A program made the translations under genes and the position numbers. 64,000 nucleotides of DNA. Origin: Squalus acanthias. Lineage: Eukaryota. A model generated the notes under the pieces. That model did no database searches and was not told the DNA's origin. It saw nothing but the letters and a program-made list of their open reading frames with translations. The stretch covers positions 94,426,001-94,490,000 of the forward strand of contig CM059432.1 in NCBI GenBank assembly GCA_030390025.1. Direction: 5' to 3'. This document shows, piece by piece, positions 1 through 13,010 of the stretch (its first letter is position 1; each line of letters starts with the position of its first letter).

Positions 1-384
1 AGTATTTTAATTTTTTCAAAAATTTAAATTTTTGTTTAAAGTGGTTAATTTATTTAACTATAGTTATTTTATAAATGTGATGGTTTTTCTTTAAAATTTA
101 TTTTAAGTTTAGCTGTTCTTTTGGGGCCGATTTCAATTCACAGATTTGACAGGTCTCCTGTCAAATCTATGAATGAAAGATGGTCTGCTGCCATTGGCTC
201 TCCATGGCCCACGTGATCCCAGGGGTCGCATCGCACTAACTGCGCCCCTGGAACATGCAAGCACTGCGCGCCGGCAGTTGGGAGAGGCCCAGGACCCGAA
301 GTTCCCGTGGGCCCAAAACACAACGGCAGGCGCGGTAGGTAAGAGCGCGCGATCCTTACCCCCGGACACGCGAATTTCTGGGCC
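1..384. mobile_element. Right part of a Harbinger-type non-autonomous element (MITE); left end outside the window
   Basis: AT-rich interior, then a CpG-rich subterminal region ending gaatttctgggcc, resembling other MITE termini here. 12-bp perfect hairpin at 142-168. Confidence 0.45.
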
Positions 385-401
385 AATAAGTTTAGCTAGA
401 C

Positions 402-1515
402 TGTAACGTTCCGGATATTATGAGGGTCCGGAAAACTCCCCCAGAATTCTGCAACTCCTCACCAAAGAGCGTACAGAGATTGAGTTTGCGAGTTTGATAC
501 AGAAGTATTATGTGAGACAATTCTAAAAATGTATAGATTTATTAAAGAACCGACATGTAATTACAGTAGGTGTTTCAATTGCAACATTAACAGTTCCAAA
601 AAGAGAAAGCTTACAATTCTTATTATCAGATCTTAACTTCGCTACAGTTTTACAGTTCTTAGTTTTTATTCCAGGATATCCACCAAAATCAAATACAGTA
701 CAATACCTTGATGCCCGAGGTACAAAGAGTTGTAGACTTACAGAGCCGTCTCTGAAGCCTGAGAATCGCTTTGCCCCTTTACAGCGGGACTATCATCCCA
801 TTTGAAAGTTCAATATTTATATCCTTTTTCAGTGGTATTTCCTTTGAAGTTTTCTGCTGATGTAAGCTAATTGTCTCTAGTCATTTTTTCTGCTAACCCC
901 TGCTATTCTTATAGTCAACTCAGCTGGTAGCAATGCAGAATTATGTCTCTACCCCAGGTGTCCCAAGCCCACCATAAAAAACGGTGTAACAGCAGGTGCA
1001 TCTATTTGATGTCATTTTTACCAAGGCCTTCTGTTTCTGTCTTTTTACGAAGTGTAAATTAAAACACCTCAACCAGGGTGATCTATGCAATTCTTAGTCA
1101 CCTCAGCTGGTTGTAACACAGAATCGTGTCTCTCCTCCCCTCTAGGTATTCCAAGTTCAACACAAAAACGGTTTGACTGCAGGTGCCTCCCCCACTTGAT
1201 GCCATTCCCACGAAGGCATATATTTCTTAATTTTATGTGTTTCTTTCCGAAGTGTAATTTAGAACACCTTAACAGGGTGTACCATTGTCTGCTCCCAAAG
1301 ATTCAGACCGTCAGGAGCCTCCAACCTCCTGTTTCAATAAGGTTATTGATTCAGTGTCAACAACTTATCTTATCTCAATAGCCTGAATGCTGTTAACAAT
1401 ACAGCTTTTCCTAGCCAGGTATCTAGATTTCCAGTCCTAGTTTGTCATGTTTTAATAAGGCCAGAATTCTTTCATAGAATGCTGTATTTTTCTGAATATG
1501 GCTTATTCCTTCACA
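402..1515 (-). mobile_element. Probable solo LTR
   Basis: Minus strand begins TGTGAAGG and ends ACGTTACA. It contains a diverged ~180-bp tandem duplication (~915-1280), a TATAAAT near 815-821, and AATAAA motifs near 665 and 538, in U3-R-U5 order. No matching TSD seen. Confidence 0.45.
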
Positions 1516-2031
1516 GAAGGCCCTCTTGAGGGCTTCTGAGCAAAAATAAAATAAAAAAAATAGAAGGTTATAAGCAATCGCTTGGGCTTAAAGTTAAAGT
1601 ACTATAATCATGTCTGCATTGATCCACTGCTCAATCTGCAACACTTTCTTTATGCAGGCGAGAATTAAGTTGGCATCATTGGCAAGGTTTAGGCATGAAG
1701 AGTGGCCATTTGGGTGAGCAACCAGAGGGGATATCACCTTCAGGAGAGGAAACATAAGAAGAGAAAAATCGGCTAGAAAAATTGGAGGATTAAAAGAAAG
1801 CAATATAATAGGATAAAATCCCCATGATGATCTTATCAAAGAATTAGAAATTTGGCCTCATATTTGATTCTTTGTCCTTATAAATATTCATCTTGAAGGT
1901 TATGGAACTAGCCATGCATTTCAACAAGGTAAGCATTATAGGAAGACAGTGCAAGCAACCCTATGCCACATGATGTGATTTTCAATGGGTTCAGGTTGGC
2001 CTAAAGATTTTTACAGTTCCTCACTGAACAA

Positions 2032-4356
2032 TAGCCTTGGAAGAAGCCAGACCAATGGGTCCAATGTAGGAAGAGGTTCAATGATCTCCTGTGTTCTGGA
2101 AAAGTGAGTATAAAAGCACTTACCTAAATTCTGCTGTGCCTGTCATCACATCCCCATCACTCTGCATTGCCAATCCTACTCCTGCACATCCTTACTCACC
2201 CCAACATTCCTTGCACCATCACCCATCCCTCTCTCCCCATCTACAGAATCACTTCCCCAACAACTAACAACTCAAAAGGAGGAAACTTGGTAATGGGAAC
2301 CCACTCCATCACAGTCTCCCTCTAAACATCTATCCTATCCATTCTTTACACTCATTCCATCACTCTCACTGAAACTCCACTTCTTTCCCTCATTGCAGGA
2401 AAAGAGAACCCACAATAAGAGGGAGAGGGAGAGAACAGGAGGAGGACCACCATCGTTCTCACAGCTCACCCACGCTGAGGAGGCCGTTCTCGACATTGCG
2501 GGAACAGTTGAACAGCTCAAAGTGGGGGACGGAGAGATGGCTCAGTAGAACAACCTGGTGACAGAATAATTCACCATCCATCTTAATTGGCATTCATGAG
2601 TGACTCATATGGGATCTGATGTCAATAGAAATTGAATGCTCATCATATGCACAATGGATGTGTCTGCAATCTACATATCACGGGGGAAAAATTTGGTTGA
2701 TTTGCACCTCCCGTGGGCGCTAACGGGGCGCAAAGCAACTAGTGCCTGGGCGCTCAGCGGGAGGTTAGCGGCGGCGGTAACCGTTAGCGCCCCATGGCGC
2801 TGCGCCGCCGGCGATGATGTCATCGCCGTGCGTAGTGCCCTGGCTGCGATCTTCGTTAGCGCCCCCTGACTTACCGCCGGACGCTATGTCCGACAGGGTC
2901 AGGGGGGCCTACCTATGGCCGGGGCGGCGCAAATTAAAGGGCAGGTGCCGGGCGGCCATTTTTGTTGCTGGCCGCCTGCCAGCATCTGCCCACTTTGCCG
3001 TCCCCGGCCTTCTGAGCAACCCCCCCCCCGCGGAGTGCTGGCTGCGCTATGTGAGCCCGGCACTCCGATCCCTGGTGGCCCATCTGGGCCCTGGGTCGCG
3101 CTGCGCTAGGCCCCTCCCCTTTAATAAGACGTAGCGCCGCGATATTCACTTGCAGCACCCCAAGAGGGAGGTGGGGACGCTTCCAGTAGCGCCCCGCCTC
3201 CCTCTTGGGGCACTACTGGTGAATTTTGGGCGTGGGGGCGCTAACTTTTCCGGGCGGCCCGGCGAAGTTAGCGCCCCAAAGGGCGCGCGACCCAATTTTT
3301 TCCAACACATGTCTAACTCATGTCTTTACACTCCCACAGGACAATCATGAGCCCCCCTCCCTAGTGTCCAGGTGGAAGAGCAAGCGGATTCCTCAGAGAA
3401 TGCTGCATCCTCTGAGGGAGCAGCGTCAGCAGAAATGAGCGCACCCAGCACCAGCGCATAAACGCACACCTTGGTAGGTCGTATGCGAGATAGAGTACTG
3501 TTGTCACCTGGTGTATCACAACTCACGAGTGAGCAAGAGCAGATGGTGGAGACAGGGACAGCAGTGGAGAGTCCTCGTCAGAGGCTGCAGGGCGCTCCTA
3601 GCTCTGCTTAGCTGCATGTAGATGCTGAGCCTCGGTGGCCATCCAGAAAGAGAGCGGTGCTGGAGCTTCAGGAACAAGTACAGGAGGCTCTGACTGGGTT
3701 TGCAACCACGGTGACTGCGGGTGTGCAGAGAATGGAAGAGTCCATCTCAAATATGAGCAACGCCATGGTGCACGCAATGGCGAATGTAGGTGCCGCCATG
3801 GAAAGGATGGCAACCTCCATGGAGGACATAAATTGCCAGACTCAGAACAACATGGTAACACTTCTACATCGATGGTCAGCTATGGAGGATAGATGGGCAT
3901 CTATCACGGGGAGGAAACAAAGGTTCATGGACGTCCCCGTTATGAGGAATGTCAGTACAGACACGGGTCCTCATGGCCCCACTGATGTGCAGCAAGGTGC
4001 TCTCCAACTACTTGCTAGCAGAAATGTGTGGGTGGCCCATGAGAGGGATGATGGTGGGAGGGGACATGCAAGTGGGGGTTCCTCTCTAAGCGCTCAAACT
4101 GCCATCCCCTTGCCAACCCCTTGGTCAGAGCCCCAGATGCCTCCCTGAACAGTGATGGTCGAGTCTGCCTCTGTGCAGCCGGAGGAGGAGCAGACTTTGG
4201 CAGGGCCCTCACAGGCTCCAAAACCCAGAGGACGACCACCAAAGGCGTCTAAGCAGGCGCAGCAGGGCAAGCGAGCAGGCTGCCTCTACATCTGCTGAAG
4301 CCACAGGGGTAGCACCATGTAGAAGCACGCGTAAGAGAAAGCTGCCACATAAATAG
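2032..4356 (+). pseudogene. Harbinger Myb/SANT-like DNA-binding gene, copy A (exon 1 remnant to 2103; exon 2 2399-2557; exon 3 3340-4356)
   Basis: CRKRFNDLLCSGK|gtgagt; ttgcag|EKRTHNKRERERTGGGPP; exon 3 aligns with copy B and ends RSTRKRKLPHK*. Contains in-frame stops and frameshifts. Confidence 0.85.
2682..3305. mobile_element. GC/CpG-rich MITE inserted in intron 2 of the Harbinger A Myb gene
   Basis: Absent from the homologous intron of copy B. Flanked by CAC (2679-2681 and 3306-3308). Imperfect TIR GGGGGAAAAATTTGG / CCAATTTTTTCCAA; repeated GGGCGCTAAC/GTTAGCGCCC motif. Confidence 0.75.
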
Positions 4357-4635
4357 TCACAAGAGTACTCACTTGGGTGTTCTGCTAGAAATCCATGTTA
4401 AGTTTCTGTTCTTTTATTCTGTTGTAATAGTGTTCTGTGAATGTTTGAATCCGTTGCCATATGTGTGGTCACAATTTGAAGTGGCACAGTGAAGGGTGAG
4501 GGCGCCTTTTATGTCCAGCAATGGTGGTGACAGTGCAAGGAATGCACAGATCATTGTAGAAATGTTCTATGGTGTTGAAGTGTGGTCATGGCAACCTTCA
4601 TGTGCATGTGGCAGCTACATGTCTGTTTTGCATAA

Positions 4636-5858
4636 CTATAGGTGAATCTGCGATTGATCAGGCCGTCCCTGGCATCACGGGCAGCAATGTGCTCACGTGC
4701 TGGTCGCAATGGGTCAGCCGCCTACTCCTGGTATTCCTCATCTGGAACCTCATTCTGCTCCTCCTCCTCTGAAGAGGCTGTGCGCTCCGTGCCTTGTTCC
4801 TCATCCAGCGCTAATCCTCGCTGCAGTGTGATGTTGTGCAACAGACAACGATGACTCTCGAGACCCTGGCTGGTGCGTACTGTAGGGCTCCACCAGATCT
4901 GTCCAGCCATCTGAAGCGCTTTTTGAGCAACCCTATTGTTTGCTCTTTGAGCCTTCTGGTGGAAATGTGGCTTTGATTGTAACGCTCCTCAGACTCGTTT
5001 GATGGCCTCCTAAACGGTGTCATTAGGCATGTCTTCAGGGGATAGCCCTTGTCTCCAAGGAGCCAACCAGAAGGTCGTTCGGCGGAGCGAAGAGCTGAGG
5101 GACAGTGGACTGGCGCAGGATGTAAGAGTCATGGCAGCTGTCAGGGAACTTGGTGCACACATGCATGATGCTCTTCCTATGGTTGCACACCAGCTGCACA
5201 TTAAGGGAGTGGAAGCTCTTGCGGTTGACAAATACTGCTGGGTTCTGATGGGGTGCCCTGATGGCCACATGTGTGCAGTCGATGACGCCCTGCACCCGTG
5301 GGAAGCCAGCCAGTTTGACAAAGCCTAGCACCCGTGCGGTAACACTTGCCTCATCAGTGGAAAGTGGATGTAATTGGCGGAATTGGCAAAGAGGGCATCG
5401 GTAACCCGCGTGATGCATATGTGGGCGGCCGACTGCGCAATGCTGCTAATGTCTGCTGCTGATCCCTGGAAGACCCAGACACAAAGAAGTTGAGTGCGGT
5501 GGTGATTTTGACAGCCACTGGTAAGGCGTGTCTACCTGCTCCTCTGAACTGCAGATCTTGATCGAGCATTGTGCAAATGTCTGCGACTACCTCTCGCAAA
5601 AGTCTCAGCCTCCTTTGGCACTGCTGCTCAGTCATGTTGAGGAAGCTCATCCTCTGCCTGTAAACCCTGTGTTGGGGGTATCTCCTGCGGTGCGGTGCAG
5701 CCCTGCGCTGATGGCCTCTGCCCTGCGCAGCATCAGGTGGTTGAGGAGAAGGTTGCCGCTCTTGTTGTTGGTGCTGCTGGTGTGCCTGGTTCTGCTGCTG
5801 CTGCGGCTGATCCCCTTCAGATTCTGAGGACCAGGATGAGAGTATAAAGCGTTCCCAT
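4636..5858 (-). pseudogene. Harbinger (HARBI1-like, DDE_Tnp_4-type) transposase, copy A, frameshifted
   Basis: Motifs [70 protein letters not shown] and an acidic tail, spread over several frames. Confidence 0.92.
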
Positions 5859-6438
5859 TCTGCTGATATATATGGCAGTTGAGGATGAGATGTTATAAGC
5901 ATTCAGTCAATGGGCAGAGAGGTTATTCCAAGGAGGTGACAGTGCATATAGAGTTAACACCACACACTTACAGCCTCAAGACAGATCAAATGTGTCTTCC
6001 AAATCCTGAAATATGCAACCTCTGACATTTGAAAGTGAACAGATGTGAGAGTTCAGCTTTTATACTGCAGTTGCAGCTGTGAACTATTCAGCTCGTTGGT
6101 ACACCTAACATACTTATCTGACGTGATCTCCAAATATCGTGAAACCCGTTGAAAATGTGCGAAAATAGGAAAAGGCTGTCAAAATAGCAGTTAACAAGCA
6201 CTTAACAAGGAGTTAAGTATCTTAAATCCCTCACCCGCCGCTTGGTGTCGGGTCAGTTCTGAAATCGCAGAACCGACACTTTGGAAACTCACACGGAGGC
6301 GGGATCGCGGCGGGTTCCCAACCCGTTGTCAATCATTTCGAATTTAACAGTTGACCCGCCGCCGAACCCGCCCTCTGAGCGCCGGCAAAATCGCGGCCTC
6401 AATATCTATGACTATTTCATAGGTCAAAGGAAACCAGA

Positions 6439-7255
6439 AGGACTGATTTTGTCAATGGGGACGTGATGGAGGCGGGACTCCCACTTTTTGGGTTGTAGTC
6501 CCGCCTCCATCGACTTGTTGCCAACCCACTGTATTTTCCCTTGATTGACCTTGTTAAGCCCGCCCAGCGGGTTTAGCAGGCCAATCAAGGGTCCCTTGGA
6601 TACAGGTGACGTCAGCCATTGAAATTTCATCTGTCAAGAGCTTTTGACAGATGAAATTTCAGCGTTTGACAGCTCTATGAAGCTGTCAAACACTGACAAT
6701 ATGATTTCTAACATGAGTCCCTGTACTTAGACTCAGTTAGAAATCAATCCAGCACAGAAAGCAGAGACTGCAGCTTTTGACAGCTCCGCGGCCATTCTGC
6801 TTTCTGTGCCGTGGATGTGAGGGACTCCCGACACCTTAGCCTGCAGGACAAAGTTAAGGTAAGTACAAGTTCTTAAAACACTTTACACACACCAAACACA
6901 CTTACCTCTGCACTCATGCACCCATCACTCACCTGCACATCTCGACCCCTCCAAGCCCTCCAGACCGACGGTCCGCCTCGCTAAATCAGCGTGGTTCGGA
7001 CCTGTCGGGAAGCCCACACTTCAGATCCAAAAATAGGGATTAGGCAAAAAACTGCCTGTTAACAGGCAGTTTATTGGCACTAATTGCCTTCCCGCCTCGG
7101 GGAGGCGGGTCCCAGCACAGGTCGGGCACCCGCCTCCTGTGAAACTGGCATGGAGGCGGGTTGGGGGCGGGATGGGTTCGGGACCCCCGAATCTGCTATT
7201 TTCCCACCCCACACGCCTCCAAACCCGCCTCCACGGGTCAATGAAAATTCTGCCC
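6439..7255. mobile_element. Harbinger-type MITE related to 36490-37175
   Basis: Right end reverse-complements to GGGCAGAATTTTCATTGACCCGTGGAGGCGGGTTTGGAGGCGTGTGG, nearly identical to the left end of the 36490 element. Left TIR is degenerate. Confidence 0.7.
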
Positions 7256-7349
7256 ATAAACTCCAGTCACCTAGCCCTAGCAATTTACTAAGCCTTCACT
7301 GCTTACAGAACAGACAGTGCTGAACCTGCTGCATGAAAACAACTGCTAC

Positions 7350-8309
7350 CATTTCCAGCTGGGCGCATTGGCGATTTCCAACTCCTCGATCATAAAATTA
7401 ATGAGCAGTTGAAAGCTGTGCTAAAGGAAGAATTATTGTGTTGATATGTAAGCAAGGCGCAGCATTATCTAATGACTGGTTGACCACTTTCTGAACTGGA
7501 AAGCGATCCATGTTTGTCCACTAAACTGATAACATTGTTATAAAGGCATTTGAAAAGACTGTGATTAAATCTTGTATTGGAAATATTAAAACTTAGCGGG
7601 GTTTAATTCGTCCGAAATCGGCCAAACCAGTGTAAAAGATCGAGGAATTTCAAGCACAAGTTATGTCCAGTGCAGATCTTTTACATTGGTTTAAAAAAAC
7701 ATCGCGCTGGAAGCTGGCCCCGCAAAGAAAACTGGCCACACATCCAGATCGAATTGATGAGTATGTCGAGTTTCCACCAATTACGCCCGTTTGTGGCCCT
7801 TCAAGAAGGCTCTTCAAATTAAGCTGTTTCTTTAAGGTGCAAAGGCACTAGTAGGCACCTTTTAAAGCTTTTAAATATTAAAAAATATTTAATTTACGAA
7901 GAAACTGACTAGTGTACACCAATGAAACTAGTAAATGGTTCTGTATAGTTTTTTAAAAGTCATTTTCGGTTATTTAAAATCAGGTTACTCATAGGTGGTG
8001 GACTAGACACTCTGATTAAAAATACTTAATTTTTGTGATAAACCCAATTTCAGCTGTATTAATAAAAACGCACCCGGTTACCACTCTTAATACATCAAGG
8101 AATACTTTTTAATGCAAGGGAAAAAAATAAACAATTATATTCTAAAACGCTGCCCGATTGTGCGGGTGCATGGAAGTTTTTATGTTCGTGATTATGCAAA
8201 TGAGTTTGAGTGGAAATTTGAACCATAACTTCACTTCGGAAAACTAGTGCAATTTCGAGTGCAATTTGTGCCCAGGTGCCGATTGCGCCCAAAGCCGAAA
8301 CTCTACCAC
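7350..8309. mobile_element. Possible MITE with AT-rich core
   Basis: CpG-containing ends with weak inverted similarity (gggcgcattggc vs gccgattgcgccc) and terminus gaaactctacc. Boundaries approximate. Confidence 0.35.
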
Positions 8310-11300
8310 ATCTTGTTTTATGCTTGTAAAGTCTCCACTGCCCAAACTCCTTTTAAACACATGGCCAGAGTCTTGGCTGAGTAAATGTTGCATAACCATT
8401 AGGCAATACACAGTAAACATTAAAAAAAATCTCTAAGGATAATTATTTAATCTGTTTACTATTTTTAGCAATGAAGTACTTGATAGTATAATGTGGTGAA
8501 CCTTGTACCTTACTGCTCTGAGGATCTGTATTCTGCTGCTCTCTCTGCTGTTTGAGATCAGTAAGTGTATATTAAACATTTTTAAGGAAAGCAATTGACT
8601 GGTCACTTTCTTCAGTGAGATACCTCATTAATAGCTTGTACATATTATCTATAACCTTTCACCTAAACGTCAATGAATATTCTGAACAAAAGACATGAAA
8701 ATGGAATAAATGCAGGTGAGTTTTTTCTAAAATTTTAAAATGCCAAGAATTACTTTGGGGTCAAAAGTTCCAGATGCATTCTTTTCCCTGATAGAAACTA
8801 AAATACCACTGCTTGCATTTAAATATCCACGAGAACACACTCTTCTCACACAGGAAAAAGTTACTAAAATAACACATTTCCATCATAGTGAATCTGAGCA
8901 GAGAATATGTAGACAAACCAGAGAAATACATGACAGACATGAGAGTTTAAAGCAGTAGTGATTGTCCGACAGCAAAGCCCCATCTCTGCAATGTTTCTTC
9001 TGATTTTTGTAAAGTCTAAATCCACTCTACCATCAGCATGCATCTGGTGAGGGCAAACTCATGAATTCCAAATATCTTGTGAAATGATCTGCCTGTAATA
9101 ATTCAGGAGCATCAATACTTGTTTCTTCTGCTGTATCTATTCTGACCTCTTGGGGCAAAATCTGTGACTATAATTAAATCAGTCAATCATATGAGGCCAC
9201 AATACAAACTGCTGCAACCTTATGTTTCACAACTATTGTACTTCTTGTTGTGATCCAGTTAGATCTGGAGGAATAGAAATGCTGAAAATACTGCTACAGA
9301 TCTACAATGCATCATCATCATTAATATTACAGTGACAACAGGCAAAGGTGTCCCTATGTATTCATGAATGATGAAAAATGGCAATCATTTTGGTTTTGAG
9401 TATAGATTAGTAACAAAACAACAGACATGTTTTATTTCATATACGTGTGCTAGATAATATAAATGAGATAAAAAGCAGGGAGCTGAAATGTTCAAAACCC
9501 ATAAAATCTACAGCTCAAACAACTAAAATTACTCTATTTTGAATAAAAATATAAAAGGGAACAGCCAAATATTTTCAGGTACTGTTAAGCCCTGTATATA
9601 AATCACACCAATTGATAGGTTCCTCTCACAATTTAATGGAAGCTTTTGTGGTATAAATGATAAAGCTACAGGATTCCTGATAGTCATTGCTGAATTTGTT
9701 TAAATAATGTACATCTGAATCTCCATAGCTGCAAATTACTCCATGAGAGATGCTTTCCAACTGGGTTTAACTAAGCAAAAAAGTGAGTGGAGATGCATTG
9801 GATCTTCACCCACATCAGATCACTGGCAAATCTCTGGCCACCAAAATCTTGGGAGTAGGAAGCCCTGCCTAAAATATAAAAATGTGGATGCAGAACATCC
9901 ATTCATAATTATGATCATGTGAAATGACCAACCAGGGTTGCTATGTAATGAGAAGTATACAGAAGTTTATTTAAAGGACAGGGCAATGCAACAGAAGTTA
10001 TTTAATTTTTTTTTTTACTGTTCTTAGTAATTTTCTTTGTTAATTTTTCTCCGAGCTTTTAGGTTCACCATAAATCCTTTGTGCCAACTTGTGTGCTGTG
10101 TCTTTTATTGCCAACAATACTGCTGCCAATGGATGTCCCAATGCGATTCCCCCCGTCTGAAGAAGAGGAGGAAAAATAGAGATACCTAGCAAGTTAGCCT
10201 GCACCATAAGTATTCTGTGCCCATCCACCAGTACCTTTATACTGCATCTACAGACATAGATGTGCTTACTTCAGTTTGGCAGACAATTAATGCAATATGG
10301 AGGCTACAACTTCCAATTGAAGCAGGGATAGCAGACCCAATGGGATAACTATGATATGCTGATGCCTGACTAATGGTAATGCTGGATGCTAACTCAGAAG
10401 AATCTTACTTACGACATGTCATGCTTTCAGTGGTGATGCTTGAAAGGCACGCTAGGATGATCAACAGCCAGCATAGTCCGACTGATTACACGCACCAAAA
10501 TACCAAACACATCTGCAAGCCCTGGCACACCTATGTGGCAATGACTGTCTGCACAGGGTCATCGCCATCAGAAAAGCAGGTGCAGAACTGTGCTATCGGC
10601 TATTAGAACACTTGCTGATACTATGCAGCTTAGGACTGGCACGGCCAGTGACAGTACCAGTCACCTGTGGAAGGAAACATGCATCCACCTCCTTCCAGGC
10701 ATACTGCAATACTGACCTATGGGGATAGTGCCCTGGAGCAGCAAAGAAGTCACTTTCCTTGTAACTATCTCAAGCAGCACCATCAAGCAGGGAGTCAGAT
10801 GCTGAGCTACACTATCATTTGCCTGGAGGCTCATGACTGTACCTTGGATTTTCCTTCCACTTGATTATTGTCTGGCACAACTTAGCCCTCTCCCTCTTCA
10901 GCCTTATCAAAGGCTGCCAATAGGTTGAGATTTGTTCCAAAGGCTTTGAGAATTTTTATCTTCCTATCTTGGTACTTCCCTTTAATTGTCTGCATCCCTT
11001 TAAATTTCACCTGCTCTGCAACATTTTGCTCCAACCACTATCATTTCCCTGCACAAGTCTAGATCTGCACATGGAGCTGTAAATAGTTCTGATAATGATC
11101 TTATCACAGGAAATTGCTTGCAAACAGCACTCTTCACTTTGGGTATGATTATTACTCGTTTCTCACAATTCAGGAGTAAAAAGCACCCATATCTGAAAAT
11201 CTAGTCTCATGTGTGCTATTACTTAACATTCCAAATATTCCCTTCCTCAAATGTTTACTTTATTTTTCCTCTTTTCTTTTTCCTGACCTTTTCATACTGC

Positions 11301-11929
11301 AGTCTGGAGGGGAAAGGGAGAGTGATTCCAAGTTTGGGAGGAAGCTGGAAGATTTGCTCTGGGGCCCAGAGGGACAGGAATGAGAGGACAATGTTTTGAG
11401 CTGTGAAGCAGAGGAAGTGGGAGTGTGGTTTTGCGTCTGGGAGGAAGAGAGAGTTTGGCTTTGTGATCCGGAAAGAGAAAGGCAGCACAGCTTTGGGACT
11501 TGCCAGAAGTATCGAGTGCGACAGTCCTTCAATTTACAATAGGCTGCACAGTTTTGTACCATTATATGCTTGACAGCAGCTCTCCACAAAACCCTTAGCT
11601 AAGTATGGAAATGACGTATTTTTCCTTACTTTCTTCTAAAATCTAGCCTACAATTTCGCCAGCAAAGTCCGCAGAAGTTAAGAAACACCCAATACTATCA
11701 CTATACAAATAGTTCTGGTATACCTGTAGTTATAACATATCTGTGATGAAAGACAGTTTGCAGGTCCCTCAAAATCCCATTGGGAATTTCAGTGCTATCC
11801 CTGCACATGCTCCACAACTGCTTTAGTATTTGGAATAAAGGGACCACAGATGAACCACATTTCTTTCAGCAAGCAACTTAAATTCTTCCTTAAATCTAAA
11901 CTGAGTTTAATTAATTCAAATCTAGCATT

Positions 11930-12460
11930 TTCTCACAACTGAGTCATCATCCTTAGAATGACACAAATACCAGTCCCTCTCCAAAAAATTTGTAAGACAC
12001 TAATAAGCATATTCCTTTCTTGCACACTATGACTATGCCACAAGAGAACATAGGGAAGCTCAGGAAAGCATGGGAGACAAACTTGTATCATCTGCTGGAA
12101 GATAAGGAATGGGAGGCAGTTTGGAAAATACCTTGTTCAAGTCTCTACTTGCAATCGAATGAAAAAGGGATCAAAATAGCAGACCGAATACACAACACAC
12201 CTGATAACCAACACAAATTCAACAAAGCCATATCGGCCTCATGCTGGAAAGGATCTGACCAAGTAAACCCTATTACATAAATTCTGGTCCTACTATCATG
12301 CCATAATCCTTTAAGTTAAAATGATCCTGACTAGCCTTAAGATTTTTAAGATAGTTGTACGTGTATAATTTTCACGTATTTCCCAGATGTGAAGAACTAT
12401 GTCAGTTTTTGTGCTGAGAGATCGAAGTAAAATGATGGAAAGCAGCACTGGACTAACACA
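11930..12460 (+). mobile_element. Degenerate L1/Tx1 ORF2 C-terminal fragment
   Basis: LRKAWETNL...KEWEAVWK...KIADRIHNTP...SASCWK resembles the WE.DL/HR.Y.TP/CW.C region of fish L1 ORF2. Confidence 0.55.
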
Positions 12461-12909
12461 GACTGAGCTTTTTCTCTCTGACAGTAACTGCTGGTAATGT
12501 AGGATGGGCGTACCAGTGCTTCCAGGGATGGGAGTTGGGAGTGGTTTGGTGCTTGAGATGGGGATCCCGCATTGATACACCGCCAGTGGGGTGGTCTGCA
12601 CCCCTGGTGTGGACCTGCCTTTTACTTCCACCAGACTGCAGGGCCACTGGAGCCTGCCCAGCTTTGATAGTTTTTCATGCTTCCCTCTATACTTAACTAT
12701 TCATACATTCCCTGGGTCTCGTATATGTGTTTTATTTCTCTAGTTTCTCTCACCATGCCTTGTTTTGTCTTGCGCTATTATCATTTCTGTTATTTAAATA
12801 TCCTGTTCTACACCTAATCATTTCACATATTGTTCTTTTTCTTTTCTTCTGTATGTGGCCTTTCCCTTGCTCTATTCCTTCTTATAAGCTGTTCATCTGT
12901 AACACCTTT

Positions 12910-13010
12910 CAGTTCTGATGAAAGGGTTATACCTGTAACGTGAACTTATTGCATTTCTTCACAGATGTTGCCTTACCTGCTTAGTGTTTCCAACATTTTC
13001 TGATTTTGTT
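12910..13010 (+). repeat. Penelope-associated terminal repeat fragment (decayed hammerhead-like head)
   Basis: tctgatgaaagggtt...acagatgttgccttacctgcttagtgtttccaac resembles 27265-27350 and the reverse complement of 45461-45556. Confidence 0.55.

Larger units (their letters stand above)
2030..6399. mobile_element. PIF/Harbinger DNA transposon copy A (left-truncated, decayed)
   Basis: Myb/SANT gene on + and DDE transposase on -, convergent. Colinear with copy B (35770-42223). Right terminus ...gccggcaaaatcgcggcct with CCCGCC subterminal repeats. Confidence 0.9.

Noticed and set aside
4636-5858. Domesticated HARBI1/NAIF1 host gene pair
   Set aside because: Multiple frameshifts, TIR remnants and several diverged copies indicate decayed transposons.
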